Of a DNA stretch of 32,000 nt, positions 12,646-20,771 are shown one piece after another. Position 1 is the first letter of the stretch; every line of letters begins with the position of its first letter. Both the position numbers and the translations under genes were made by a program. The stretch comes from Synechococcus sp. A15-28 (GTDB lineage Bacteria > Cyanobacteriota > Cyanobacteriia > PCC-6307 > Cyanobiaceae). The notes under the pieces were generated by a model. It had not been told where the DNA came from. It did not search any database and was given only the letters and a program-made list of their open reading frames with translations. The stretch spans positions 120,001 to 152,000 of the forward strand of contig NZ_CP047931.1 in assembly GCF_014280175.1 (NCBI RefSeq). Direction: 5' to 3'.

Positions 12646-13023
12646 GTGCAGCGAACCATCGGTACCGTCAGCCCATCGATTCGGCTGAATCACTTGAGCG
12701 GTTCCGGCACGGTGCTGGTGGAGCGATATCGCCTGGAGGAACGGCTGAGTGGACCCGATTCGCTGCGTGGTTCCCTCTGGCGTGCAGTGGATGTGATGGC
12801 GGGCGATCTGCTGGTGGCCATTCGCCAACTGGAGAGCTCGGAATCCCAGGAGCGATTGCAGGGGGTGTGGCCACAGATGCAGATGCTGTGGCATTACCAG
12901 TTGCCCCGCTGCGGCGAGCTGGTGGAACTGCACGGGGCGTTATGCCTTGTGCGTGATTGGCAGGACGGCATCGCTTATGACCGGCTGCTGCATCAAAGGC
13001 GGGCTCGCCGCTTCAGGTGCTGA
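12646..13023 (+). CDS. Short ORF resembling only the N-lobe of a Ser/Thr protein kinase (possible truncated remnant)
   Basis: RYRLEERLSG...LWRAVD...LVAIRQL...LCLVRDWQDGIAYDRLL follows the order of kinase subdomains I-V, with R in place of the VAIK lysine. The ORF stops before any HRD/DFG region, 60 nt from the smpB remnant. GTG start. Confidence 0.4.
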   Translation: MQRTIGTVSPSIRLNHLSGSGTVLVERYRLEERLSGPDSLRGSLWRAVDVMAGDLLVAIRQLESSESQERLQGVWPQMQMLWHYQLPRCGELVELHGALCLVRDWQDGIAYDRLLHQRRARRFRC

Positions 13024-13082
13024 TCACCAACGAGGGGGTTTCGTCTGGTGTGTTCACCCTGTCCTGTCGGGCGGACCCGCTC

Positions 13083-13426
13083 GATCAGTAACGTTCAACC
13101 GCTGCTTTCACATCCTTTTTGGATTGCTTTTCCTTTTCGGCGGCGCGTTTGTCGTGCAACTTGCGATCTTTTCCCAGGCCGATGGTGAGCTTGATCTAGG
13201 AGCCTTTGAGGTGAATGTTGAGGGGGATCAGCGTCAGCCCTTTCTGATCCACCAAACCGCGCAGCTTCGATCTCACGGCGATGGGTCAGCAGTTTGTGGG
13301 TGCGCAAAGGGTCGTGGTTGAAGTAGCTGCCGGCGTGGGTGTGGGGTGAGATGTGCACGTTGTGCAACTGCAGATCAGGCAGAAGCCATCGCGAGGGTGG
13401 CTTTGCCGTTGCAGATCGACTTCACC
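13083..13426. repeat. Left copy of a direct repeat (smpB 3' region) flanking island 1
   Basis: Direct repeat with 18410-18769. It starts 2 nt beyond the smpB stop codon in both copies (GATCAGTAACGTT) and ends at CTTCACC. Confidence 0.85.
13085..13426 (-). pseudogene. 5'-truncated, frameshifted remnant of smpB (3' about 340 nt)
   Basis: Aligns base by base to intact smpB at 18412-18769, about nine positions in ten by eye. It has indels of 2, 13 and 1 nt and lacks the first ~48 codons. The translated fragment [22 protein letters not shown] matches intact SmpB and then goes out of frame. Confidence 0.85.
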
Positions 13427-13526
13427 AAGGTTTCCGACAACGAAGAAAATATTTGTTTCGATGATTGTATTTTTAACTAAGAGTTTTAAATGACATTCAC
13501 TGAAGGCTGGGCGTAAACTCAAATTA

Positions 13527-14609
13527 CTAGTTCAAGACGTTGTTCAGCAATTGTGTCCATTTTTTTTCGTTTGCTTTAGGAGAAAAGGGTAAGAGAATGT
13601 CTTCTCGTAAGCTTTTATATCTCAATGAGAGTTGATTATAATTTTCAATCGCACTATGAAGCATTGAGCTGAAATTCTCGCCTAACAATGATAACGAATT
13701 TAGTTCCTTATAACTTGGCAGCGGACTTGCTACACAGATACAACCTGCCCTGATTGAGTCAACTAATCTGTTGTGGCTAGCACCTTGCTTCTCTGGGTCA
13801 TTAGGATTGCTCGGTATTAGTGAGATGTGAGCCCTTGCCAATTCCTCATTGAATTGTTTTGGTTGCATGTAACCATTCCATTCTACAAATCTATAGTTCC
13901 ATTTTGGATATACATCTGGATTTTCCTTTAAAAAATTTCTAAAATAGTTTACAGCGTTTGTGGCTGTAAATACTGTAAACTCAATATCATAAGCATCAAA
14001 TTTACTTTGGGCAATATCTAAAAGTTTTTGATGTAAATAACAAAGATTCAACGCAGCACCAAACCATATAATTTTTATTGAAGAATTTTTATTGAGATTT
14101 TTGTAGTCTTCAAGGCTTTTGATTTGCCAGGGATCTTCAATTACATGAAAATGTAAGCCACTTCTCGAAGAACTTTGAGCAAGTTGCTTTAAAGACGACG
14201 TAGGACATACAACATGATCAGCTAAAAATAGTAAATCTCTGTAAAACTCACCTCTCTCATCTTTTCTGTTTAGGTGATGATTACTGTATAATACAATTAT
14301 GGGTATACCCATACGTTTCATTCTGGCAACTGCTGACAGGTTTGCAACATTGCACTTAATATCATCTCCGATCATTTTGCCTACCAAGCATATCCTTGGT
14401 AGGCCAAGACATTCGAGATATTCCGGAAACTCAGTGCTGAGACTTAGGCTTTTTGCTTGCATACCAATTGATTTAGCCGCATTAAGTGCAGGAATTAATT
14501 GAAGCCGTGCAGATGCGAGTTGAGAATAAGAATTTTCTTGTAAAATAGTTTCAGTTAAATCTCCATATCTGTCCCTATAGAAATTAAGAGCGAGAATTTC
14601 GTTTTGCAT
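13527..14609 (-). CDS. Paralog 1 of an unrecognised GT-B-like putative glycosyltransferase family
   Basis: Shares LASxRLQ, VGK, DPWQ, WFG and IPSxPxDPxKxGxSHNRLVDSIRAGC..ASPxxSYKEL with the two upstream genes. The ATG at 14609 sits 1 nt from the upstream stop. The alternative start at 14639 would overlap by 29 nt. Confidence 0.55.
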   Translation of the reverse strand: MQNEILALNFYRDRYGDLTETILQENSYSQLASARLQLIPALNAAKSIGMQAKSLSLSTEFPEYLECLGLPRICLVGKMIGDDIKCNVANLSAVARMKRMGIPIIVLYSNHHLNRKDERGEFYRDLLFLADHVVCPTSSLKQLAQSSSRSGLHFHVIEDPWQIKSLEDYKNLNKNSSIKIIWFGAALNLCYLHQKLLDIAQSKFDAYDIEFTVFTATNAVNYFRNFLKENPDVYPKWNYRFVEWNGYMQPKQFNEELARAHISLIPSNPNDPEKQGASHNRLVDSIRAGCICVASPLPSYKELNSLSLLGENFSSMLHSAIENYNQLSLRYKSLREDILLPFSPKANEKKWTQLLNNVLN

Positions 14610-14610
14610 C

Positions 14611-15783
14611 TTATAGAAAAATTGGATTGCAAGTATCAATATTTTTACTCTTCACCATTGTATTCTTTTGAATGTCACGAAGTATTAGCTCCCAGTTCTT
14701 AATATTAGTCGCCGGGTCAAATGGTGAAACTAATTTTTCCCTGTAGATGGAATACTTATCACATAATCGATCATAATTTAGTATCGCAGCTTTTAAAAGT
14801 TGATTAAAATCTTTGCCGAGAAGGCATATTTTTGATAATTCTTTGTAGCTTGGCATTGGACTGGCAATCGGTATACATCCCGATCGTATTGAGTCAATAA
14901 GGCGATTGTGGCTTACCCCAATTTTTGCCGGATCCTCAGGATCGGATGGAATCACTGCAATATCTATTTTGCTTAAGAAGTTCTCAAGCTGCTGAGGCTG
15001 GCTATTATTATCCCATGTAATCATTTCAAATTTCCATTTGCTTTTTGCAAAAGCTTTGTCTTGAATTGTGACTTTGATTAGTTCATGACTTATGGGCCTA
15101 CCAAGAAATCGAAAGGTTAATTTCATCCTTAATAGAGCAGGGTCTTTGATTTGCTTTAATGCATTACATAAATATGCTGTGTTATTTGGAGCACCAAACC
15201 ATCCTATTGTGTAAGCTTTGTCCCCCATTTTTTTCCTGTAATCCTTTAGGTTTTTAATTTGCCACGGGTCACGAATCACGTATTGGCATAAATTTTTTCT
15301 TATATATGCACTCGCTAGTTTTTGCATCGCAACGCTAGGGAATATGATTGAATCAGCATAATAAATAAGATCTGAATAAAGTTCAGCAATATTATTTTGC
15401 TTGATAATTTGGTGGTCACAGTATAGGAGTGATATATGAGTTCCTTTTCTTTTCAATCTTGAAATTGCAGCCAAGTTTGCCATTGCCATGCTGTGGGATA
15501 GTAATTCGTCTGTTGTAGACATTTTTCCTACAAGGCAAATCGACGCATTCCCCAAATGTAAAAAGTCGTCTGGATGAGCACTGTGCATACTCCACAATGA
15601 TCTATCAAAATTTAGAGTTTTTGCGGCAATCAATGCGGGATACATCTGTAGCCTAAATGAGGCAAGGCTTGCATTGCTAGATTTTTTATTTATTAATTCA
15701 CTTAGTTTTTCCCCGGACTTATTTTCAATGAAACTCAAGCAGATTATTTTCTTGTCCATGTTACTTTTTGAATTAGGATTCAC
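14611..15783 (-). CDS. Paralog 2 of the same GT-B-like family
   Basis: Same motif set (LASFRLQ, DPWQIKNLKDY, IGWFG, VIPSDPEDPAKIGVSHNRLIDSIRSGCIPIASPMPSYKEL). An alternative ATG at 15759 would remove the 11-nt overlap. Confidence 0.55.
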   Translation of the reverse strand: MNPNSKSNMDKKIICLSFIENKSGEKLSELINKKSSNASLASFRLQMYPALIAAKTLNFDRSLWSMHSAHPDDFLHLGNASICLVGKMSTTDELLSHSMAMANLAAISRLKRKGTHISLLYCDHQIIKQNNIAELYSDLIYYADSIIFPSVAMQKLASAYIRKNLCQYVIRDPWQIKNLKDYRKKMGDKAYTIGWFGAPNNTAYLCNALKQIKDPALLRMKLTFRFLGRPISHELIKVTIQDKAFAKSKWKFEMITWDNNSQPQQLENFLSKIDIAVIPSDPEDPAKIGVSHNRLIDSIRSGCIPIASPMPSYKELSKICLLGKDFNQLLKAAILNYDRLCDKYSIYREKLVSPFDPATNIKNWELILRDIQKNTMVKSKNIDTCNPIFL

Positions 15784-16876
15784 TATTTATGATGCTTTGT
15801 ACTATTGATTGCCAGTGAAGCTTGTTTGCTGTTGGACTAAACCTTTCAATTATATTACAGCGATTTGCATCATACTGCCTCCGCAATAAATATTGATTTT
15901 TGGCTACATAGCTCATCATGCTTGAGAAATTATTCCCTATAATGGCCAGACTTGAGAGCTCTTTGTAGCTCTGCATAGGGCTTGCTATGGGTATGCATCC
16001 AGCTCTTATAGAATCAACCAATCTATTATGACTTACCCCTAACTTTGCCGGGTCATTTGGGTCTGATGGAATCAGTACAATTTCTGCTCTATGCAGTTCT
16101 TCCTGAAGTTGATTAGGTTGGTTATTATTTTTCCACTTCAAATATGTAAATTTAATTTTTTTTGCTGAAAGATTAAGTGACTTTACTTTATTTTTTATAA
16201 ATTCAATCGCTTCAAGAGAGCTCAAGATAGTCAAGCGTAATTGCTTGTTTTGACTGTCTGAATGATATATTTGGGGTAGTATATTTATAAGGTATTGAGC
16301 GTTTAGTCCGGAACCAAACCATAGTAGATTTAAGCAATTTGAACTTGAGCTCTTGTGATAAGAATGCTCCTCTACTTGCCAAGGATCTTCTACTACATAT
16401 ATGTTCTTGCCCTGTCCAAGGGAGTGGTTTTTTAAAGATTCTTTTAGCGCCTGTGTGGGGCAAATAATTAAGTCTGAATAATAAATTAGATCCCGGTATA
16501 GCTCGCCAATCCTTGTTTTTTTTATTATGTGATTATCACTGTAGATTAGTGCTTGGACAGATTTACACCTTTTTTGTCTACATACCGCTGCCAAATTAGC
16601 CATTGCCATGCTGCTGATCAGGTGATTGCTATTTGCCGATAATTTCCCTACTATTGTCAAAAAAGATTTTTCTTTGAATATTTCGGTATTTAGGTGTTCA
16701 GAGTGTAGACTAAATCTCTTGCATTTTATATTCATTTTATTGAGAGCCTCATACAAGGGATAAAGTTGCAGCCTTGTTGAAGCTAAGCTTGAGTTTTTGT
16801 ATGATTGATCGAAGTTGAGCCTGCCCTTTTTATTAATCATAAACTCTAAAAATATTGCGCTTCTTGATATATTCAT
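15773..16876 (-). CDS. Paralog 3 of the same GT-B-like family
   Basis: Same motif set (LASTRLQ, EDPWQVE, LLWFG, LIPSDPNDPAKLGVSHNRLVDSIRAGCIPIASPMQSYKEL). Confidence 0.55.
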   Translation of the reverse strand: MNISRSAIFLEFMINKKGRLNFDQSYKNSSLASTRLQLYPLYEALNKMNIKCKRFSLHSEHLNTEIFKEKSFLTIVGKLSANSNHLISSMAMANLAAVCRQKRCKSVQALIYSDNHIIKKTRIGELYRDLIYYSDLIICPTQALKESLKNHSLGQGKNIYVVEDPWQVEEHSYHKSSSSNCLNLLWFGSGLNAQYLINILPQIYHSDSQNKQLRLTILSSLEAIEFIKNKVKSLNLSAKKIKFTYLKWKNNNQPNQLQEELHRAEIVLIPSDPNDPAKLGVSHNRLVDSIRAGCIPIASPMQSYKELSSLAIIGNNFSSMMSYVAKNQYLLRRQYDANRCNIIERFSPTANKLHWQSIVQSIINSES

Positions 16877-16926
16877 AGAAATGAATGCTCATATTGATAT
16901 GCTAGCATCTAAAAAATTTTGTTCTT

Positions 16927-17910
16927 ATGCCGTCGATAGGTATTTATCATGGAGATGAAGACTGGGTATTAAAAGGTATCGGTCAAGACTTGGCGCGATC
17001 CTTCAAGGCTTTAAGCGTTCCTGGACTTGAGATTCAGACTACGGATCAAGTGTTTAATAAAATTCGTTTAAAAACGGATTTTCATCTGTTCGTACAGCAA
17101 GGCCAACTAAATGAAAATTGTTCGAACAATCCTGAAAAAGTGCCGGAAGGCTCAATATGTTTATTTACTCATTTAGATATTCGTAATTTTAAGCCAAGAA
17201 TTCTCCATAAGTGTAAATATGTAATATTTAATTCGTCCATTCAATTGTCACAAGCTATCGCCAATGGATATAACCCAGTAAATGCGGTGCTCAAGCCACA
17301 TGCTGTAGACCCAGATTTACATAGAATTATTAGTGAGGATGATCCAAAAATGCAATTTGTGCTTTCAGATTTGCATAAGAAAGGTTATCCACATTCGATG
17401 CATTCATCTGTTGGTTTTTGTGGCCGATATTGGGATAAAAGTACTTACACAAGACGAAAAAATTATGATCTAATTAAACTTGTTATTTGCGATCTTCTCG
17501 ATAAGCGTATTCCGGTCTTAGTTATGGGTCCAGGTTGGAAGGACTTTCTCGAATTGTCCTCTGAATATTTGGTAGTTGTAGAAACAAAATACAAAAACTA
17601 TCCATACTATTACAATCTAATGAGGGTTTTTTCGAGTTTATCAATACATGAGGGTGGGCCTTTGCCTTTGCTTGAGTCGATGTGTTGTGGCGTATACCCA
17701 GTTGTTACTAATACAGGTTTTGCGTCAGATATTATTTCTGATAAGCAACATGGAACTATTGTTTCACCTTTTGACAAACCAGCTCATCAAGCTGGATTAT
17801 TGTCAGACGTCTACTTTACCCATCGAATAGATGCAGAAGCTCTTAGAGGTCGAGCTTCTAAATTCAGTTTCTCTTCTTTGTCTAAAGTGATTTTGAGATT
17901 GGTTCTGTAG
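16927..17910 (+). CDS. Glycosyltransferase, GT4-like (retaining, EX7E motif)
   Basis: The C-terminal motif SIHEGGPLPLLESMCCGVYPVVTNTG contains E-x7-E followed by a G..PV strand, typical of GT-B family 1/4. Divergent from the paralog operon, with only a 50-nt spacer. Confidence 0.7.
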   Translation: MPSIGIYHGDEDWVLKGIGQDLARSFKALSVPGLEIQTTDQVFNKIRLKTDFHLFVQQGQLNENCSNNPEKVPEGSICLFTHLDIRNFKPRILHKCKYVIFNSSIQLSQAIANGYNPVNAVLKPHAVDPDLHRIISEDDPKMQFVLSDLHKKGYPHSMHSSVGFCGRYWDKSTYTRRKNYDLIKLVICDLLDKRIPVLVMGPGWKDFLELSSEYLVVVETKYKNYPYYYNLMRVFSSLSIHEGGPLPLLESMCCGVYPVVTNTGFASDIISDKQHGTIVSPFDKPAHQAGLLSDVYFTHRIDAEALRGRASKFSFSSLSKVILRLVL

Positions 17911-18409
17911 GCTCGGGGCATCGCCATTTATATTCAAGATTTATTGACTAATGCATGTGCAGTAAAAAATTCTGAGAAAAACTGCTAAGCATCAAGCAAT
18001 AAGCTTCAAGTAAATATCGTTTGTTTAATTCCTTAATTTTCTTTGTTTTTGCCTGTCGTCTCTGTCAGCATTCAATTGATTTGCGTGTATCTGCAGGCCG
18101 ATAAAATTTTTAATCTGGTTATTTCGCTCTGCAGGGATTAATCGTCTATGTCCGGATTTCTTTGTGCTTTTGATTAAGAAATAGATTGCGTTGTTTTTTG
18201 ACTGTACTCTATTTCCTTGCTTCGTTTGAATGAATTAGATTTTGCTATTTGCCTGGATAGTTCCCTTGTTCAGGTTCAAATTTTGCTTAGAGCCTTTCGC
18301 TAAGGCGCGTGTTGATAATCGCCTTAATTATTTTTCTCTTTGCTTGATTCTGTTCTTTGATGCGGATCGCTCTCGTTCACTTTTTCTTGATGTGGATGTG
18401 GGATTACCT

Positions 18410-18769
18410 GATCAGTAACGTTCCATCGCTGCTTTCACATCTTTTTTGGATTGCTTTTCCTTTTCGGCGGCTCGTTTGTCGTGCAACTTTCGCCCTTTAC
18501 CCAGCCCGATGGTGAGCTTGATCCAGGATCCCTTGAGGTGAATGTTGAGTGGGATCAGCGTTAGGCCTTTCTGATCCACTAGGCCGCGCAGCTTGTCGAT
18601 CTCACGGCGATGGGCCAGCAATTTGCGGGTGCGCAGCGGGTCGTGGTTGAAGTAGCTGCCGGCGTGGGTGTGGGGTGAGATGTGCACGTTGTGCAACTGA
18701 AGCTCTCCATTACGGATCATGCAGAAGCCATCGCGCAGGTTGGCTTTGCCGTTCCGGATCGACTTCACC
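18410..18769. repeat. Right copy of the direct repeat (within intact smpB)
   Basis: See 13083-13426. Contains a 62-nt block (18638-18699) identical to 13309-13370. Confidence 0.85.
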
Positions 18770-18912
18770 TCGGTCCCCACCAGCTCGATGCCGGTTTCCA
18801 GGGTTTCGAGGATCTCGTACTGATGTCGTGCCTGCCGGTTGTCCGCCAGCATCCGGTTGGCTGCGGCTCGCGCCGCGGCTGCGGCTGCTTTTTTCGCTCC
18901 TCCCTTGGCCAT
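18412..18912 (-). CDS. smpB: SsrA(tmRNA)-binding protein SmpB
   Basis: 166 aa from the ATG at 18912. Motifs [58 protein letters not shown] and a basic C-terminal tail. The upstream extension of the tracked ORF overlaps the ruvB start and is rejected. Confidence 0.9.
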   Translation of the reverse strand: MAKGGAKKAAAAAARAAANRMLADNRQARHQYEILETLETGIELVGTEVKSIRNGKANLRDGFCMIRNGELQLHNVHISPHTHAGSYFNHDPLRTRKLLAHRREIDKLRGLVDQKGLTLIPLNIHLKGSWIKLTIGLGKGRKLHDKRAAEKEKQSKKDVKAAMERY

Positions 18913-18962
18913 GGCTCCGGTTGCGTCTTCCGACCCTATCCAGGTCTGGGTACCCTGCCTGC

Positions 18963-20009
18963 ATGGCGATTGTCTCCTCCAGCTCCGGTCGCAAGCCACC
19001 ACGCCGCCCCGAAGCGCTGGTGGACCCCCAGCCGGCCCCTGAAGAGGTGGTGAGTCGGCCGGAAGACAAGCTTCGGCCCCAGCGCCTGGACGACTACATC
19101 GGTCAGAAGGAGCTCAAGCAGGTGCTAGGCATTGCGGTGGAAGCGGCGCTTGGCCGTGGCGATGCCCTCGACCATGTGCTGCTCTATGGCCCGCCGGGCC
19201 TGGGCAAAACGACCATGGCCATGGTGCTGGCCGCAGAAATGGGAGTGCAGTGCAAGGTCACCAGCGCACCAGCTCTGGAACGCCCGCGCGACATCGTCGG
19301 TCTGTTGGTCAACCTGCAGCCCCGCGACTTGTTGTTCATCGACGAGATTCATCGCCTGAGTCGGGTGGCGGAGGAGTTGCTCTATCCCGCGATGGAAGAC
19401 CGTCGCCTCGATCTCACCGTGGGCAAGGGCAGCACGGCGCGGGCCCGGTCTCTCGACTTGCCGCCCTTCACCCTGGTGGGGGCCACCACCCGCGCCGGAT
19501 CGCTGAGCTCCCCGCTGCGGGATCGCTTCGGCTTGATCCAGCGGTTGGAGTTTTACGGCCAGGATGATTTGGAAGCGATCGTGGAGCGCACTGCAGGGCT
19601 GATCGGGGTCGCTCTCACATCGCAGGCCCGCAGCAGCATTGCCGCCTCGTGTCGCGGTACACCCCGGATTGCCAACCGCCTGCTTCGCCGGGTGCGTGAT
19701 GTGGCCTGTGTGCGAGGCGCCGGCACTGGTGCCATTGATCAAGCTCTGGTGGGGGAGGCACTGAGCCTGCACCGCGTTGATCATCGCGGCCTTGATGCCA
19801 GCGATCGGCGCTTGCTGCAGCTGCTGATCGACCACCACGGTGGCGGCCCGGTGGGCCTCGAGACCCTGGCAGCGGCCCTTGGCGATGACCCCGCCACCCT
19901 TGAGACTGTGGTGGAACCCTTTTTGCTGCAGCAGGGGTTGCTGATGCGCACCCCCCGCGGCCGGATGGTCACCGATGCAGCCCGCAGTCATATCGGCGAG
20001 GCGGCATGA
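18963..20009 (+). CDS. ruvB: Holliday-junction branch-migration helicase RuvB
   Basis: 348 aa from the ATG at 18963. Motifs [15 protein letters not shown], Walker [13 protein letters not shown], Walker [11 protein letters not shown], and [18 protein letters not shown]. Confidence 0.95.
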   Translation: MAIVSSSSGRKPPRRPEALVDPQPAPEEVVSRPEDKLRPQRLDDYIGQKELKQVLGIAVEAALGRGDALDHVLLYGPPGLGKTTMAMVLAAEMGVQCKVTSAPALERPRDIVGLLVNLQPRDLLFIDEIHRLSRVAEELLYPAMEDRRLDLTVGKGSTARARSLDLPPFTLVGATTRAGSLSSPLRDRFGLIQRLEFYGQDDLEAIVERTAGLIGVALTSQARSSIAASCRGTPRIANRLLRRVRDVACVRGAGTGAIDQALVGEALSLHRVDHRGLDASDRRLLQLLIDHHGGGPVGLETLAAALGDDPATLETVVEPFLLQQGLLMRTPRGRMVTDAARSHIGEAA

Positions 20010-20770
20010 ATCGGATTTTGGTGCTGCTTCTGAGCCTGGTGCTGACGCTGCCGGTGCATGCCCTGGATCTGCAGGGGCTCTACGAGCAGGCGCTGACGGC
20101 AAGCCGTCAGGGGGATTTTGTGGAGGCATTGCCCTTGTGGGACCGCTTCCTGGAGCAGGCCCCTGAGGATGCAGCAGCGCTAAGCAACCGCGGCAATGTG
20201 AGGCTTGCCCTTGGGGATGCGTCTGGGGCGATCGACGACCAGAGCGCCTCGATGGCTCTGGCGCCGGAGGAAAACGATCCGCATCTGAACCGGGGTACGG
20301 CAGAGGAGGCCCTTCAGGACTGGTCCGCGGCAGCCGACGACTATCTCTGGATTCTGGAGCGAGATCCGCAGGATGCCTCGGCCCTTTACAACTTGGCCAA
20401 TGTGCGCGGCTCGCAAGGGGACTGGCCTGAGGCGCGAGAGCTTTATAGCCAGGCTGCCCTCGCCCGCCCCGGCTTCGCCATGGCCCGATCTAGCGAGGCG
20501 CTGGCGGCCTGGCAGGTGGGCGATCTCGATTGGGCGGAGGCGGAATTGCGCAAACTGATCCGCCGATATCCCTTGTTCGCCGACGCTCGGGCGGCCCTCA
20601 GCGGCTTGCTTTGGCGCTCAGGATCCAGTGGTGAAGCCGAAAGCCACTGGGCCGCGGCGGCCGGGCTGGATCAGCGTTACCGCAAGGCTGACTGGCTCCA
20701 GCAGGTGCGCCGCTGGCCACCGCAACCTACGGCGGATCTGATGGCGTTCCTGGCCTTGGAGGCGTCCTGA
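20006..20770 (+). CDS. Secreted/periplasmic TPR-repeat protein
   Basis: Signal peptide [19 protein letters not shown], then TPR-like repeats ([29 protein letters not shown]). The ATG overlaps the ruvB stop (ATGA). Confidence 0.75.
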   Translation: MNRILVLLLSLVLTLPVHALDLQGLYEQALTASRQGDFVEALPLWDRFLEQAPEDAAALSNRGNVRLALGDASGAIDDQSASMALAPEENDPHLNRGTAEEALQDWSAAADDYLWILERDPQDASALYNLANVRGSQGDWPEARELYSQAALARPGFAMARSSEALAAWQVGDLDWAEAELRKLIRRYPLFADARAALSGLLWRSGSSGEAESHWAAAAGLDQRYRKADWLQQVRRWPPQPTADLMAFLALEAS

Positions 20771-20771
20771 G

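Larger units (their letters stand above)
13427..18409. other. AT-rich genomic island 1 (glycosyltransferase cassette)
   Basis: Composition changes abruptly from the GC-rich core to AT-rich sequence exactly at the ends of the smpB repeat. All four ORFs are glycosyltransferase-like. No integrase or transposase is visible. Confidence 0.8.

Noticed and set aside
16212-16463. Small internal ORFs inside the island genes: 16212-16463, 14299-14502, 17648-17830, 24882-25067 and 26181-26384.
   Set aside because: They are fully nested in longer, motif-supported ORFs in other frames or on the other strand, and they have no features of their own.
13024-18411. A tRNA or tmRNA gene as the island integration target, or an integrase/transposase within island 1 (and likewise in island 2).
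   Set aside because: I found no T-loop-like GGTTCGAATCC-type sequence or cloverleaf candidate at either junction. No ORF has integrase, transposase or recombinase motifs. The repeat is protein-coding smpB sequence instead.
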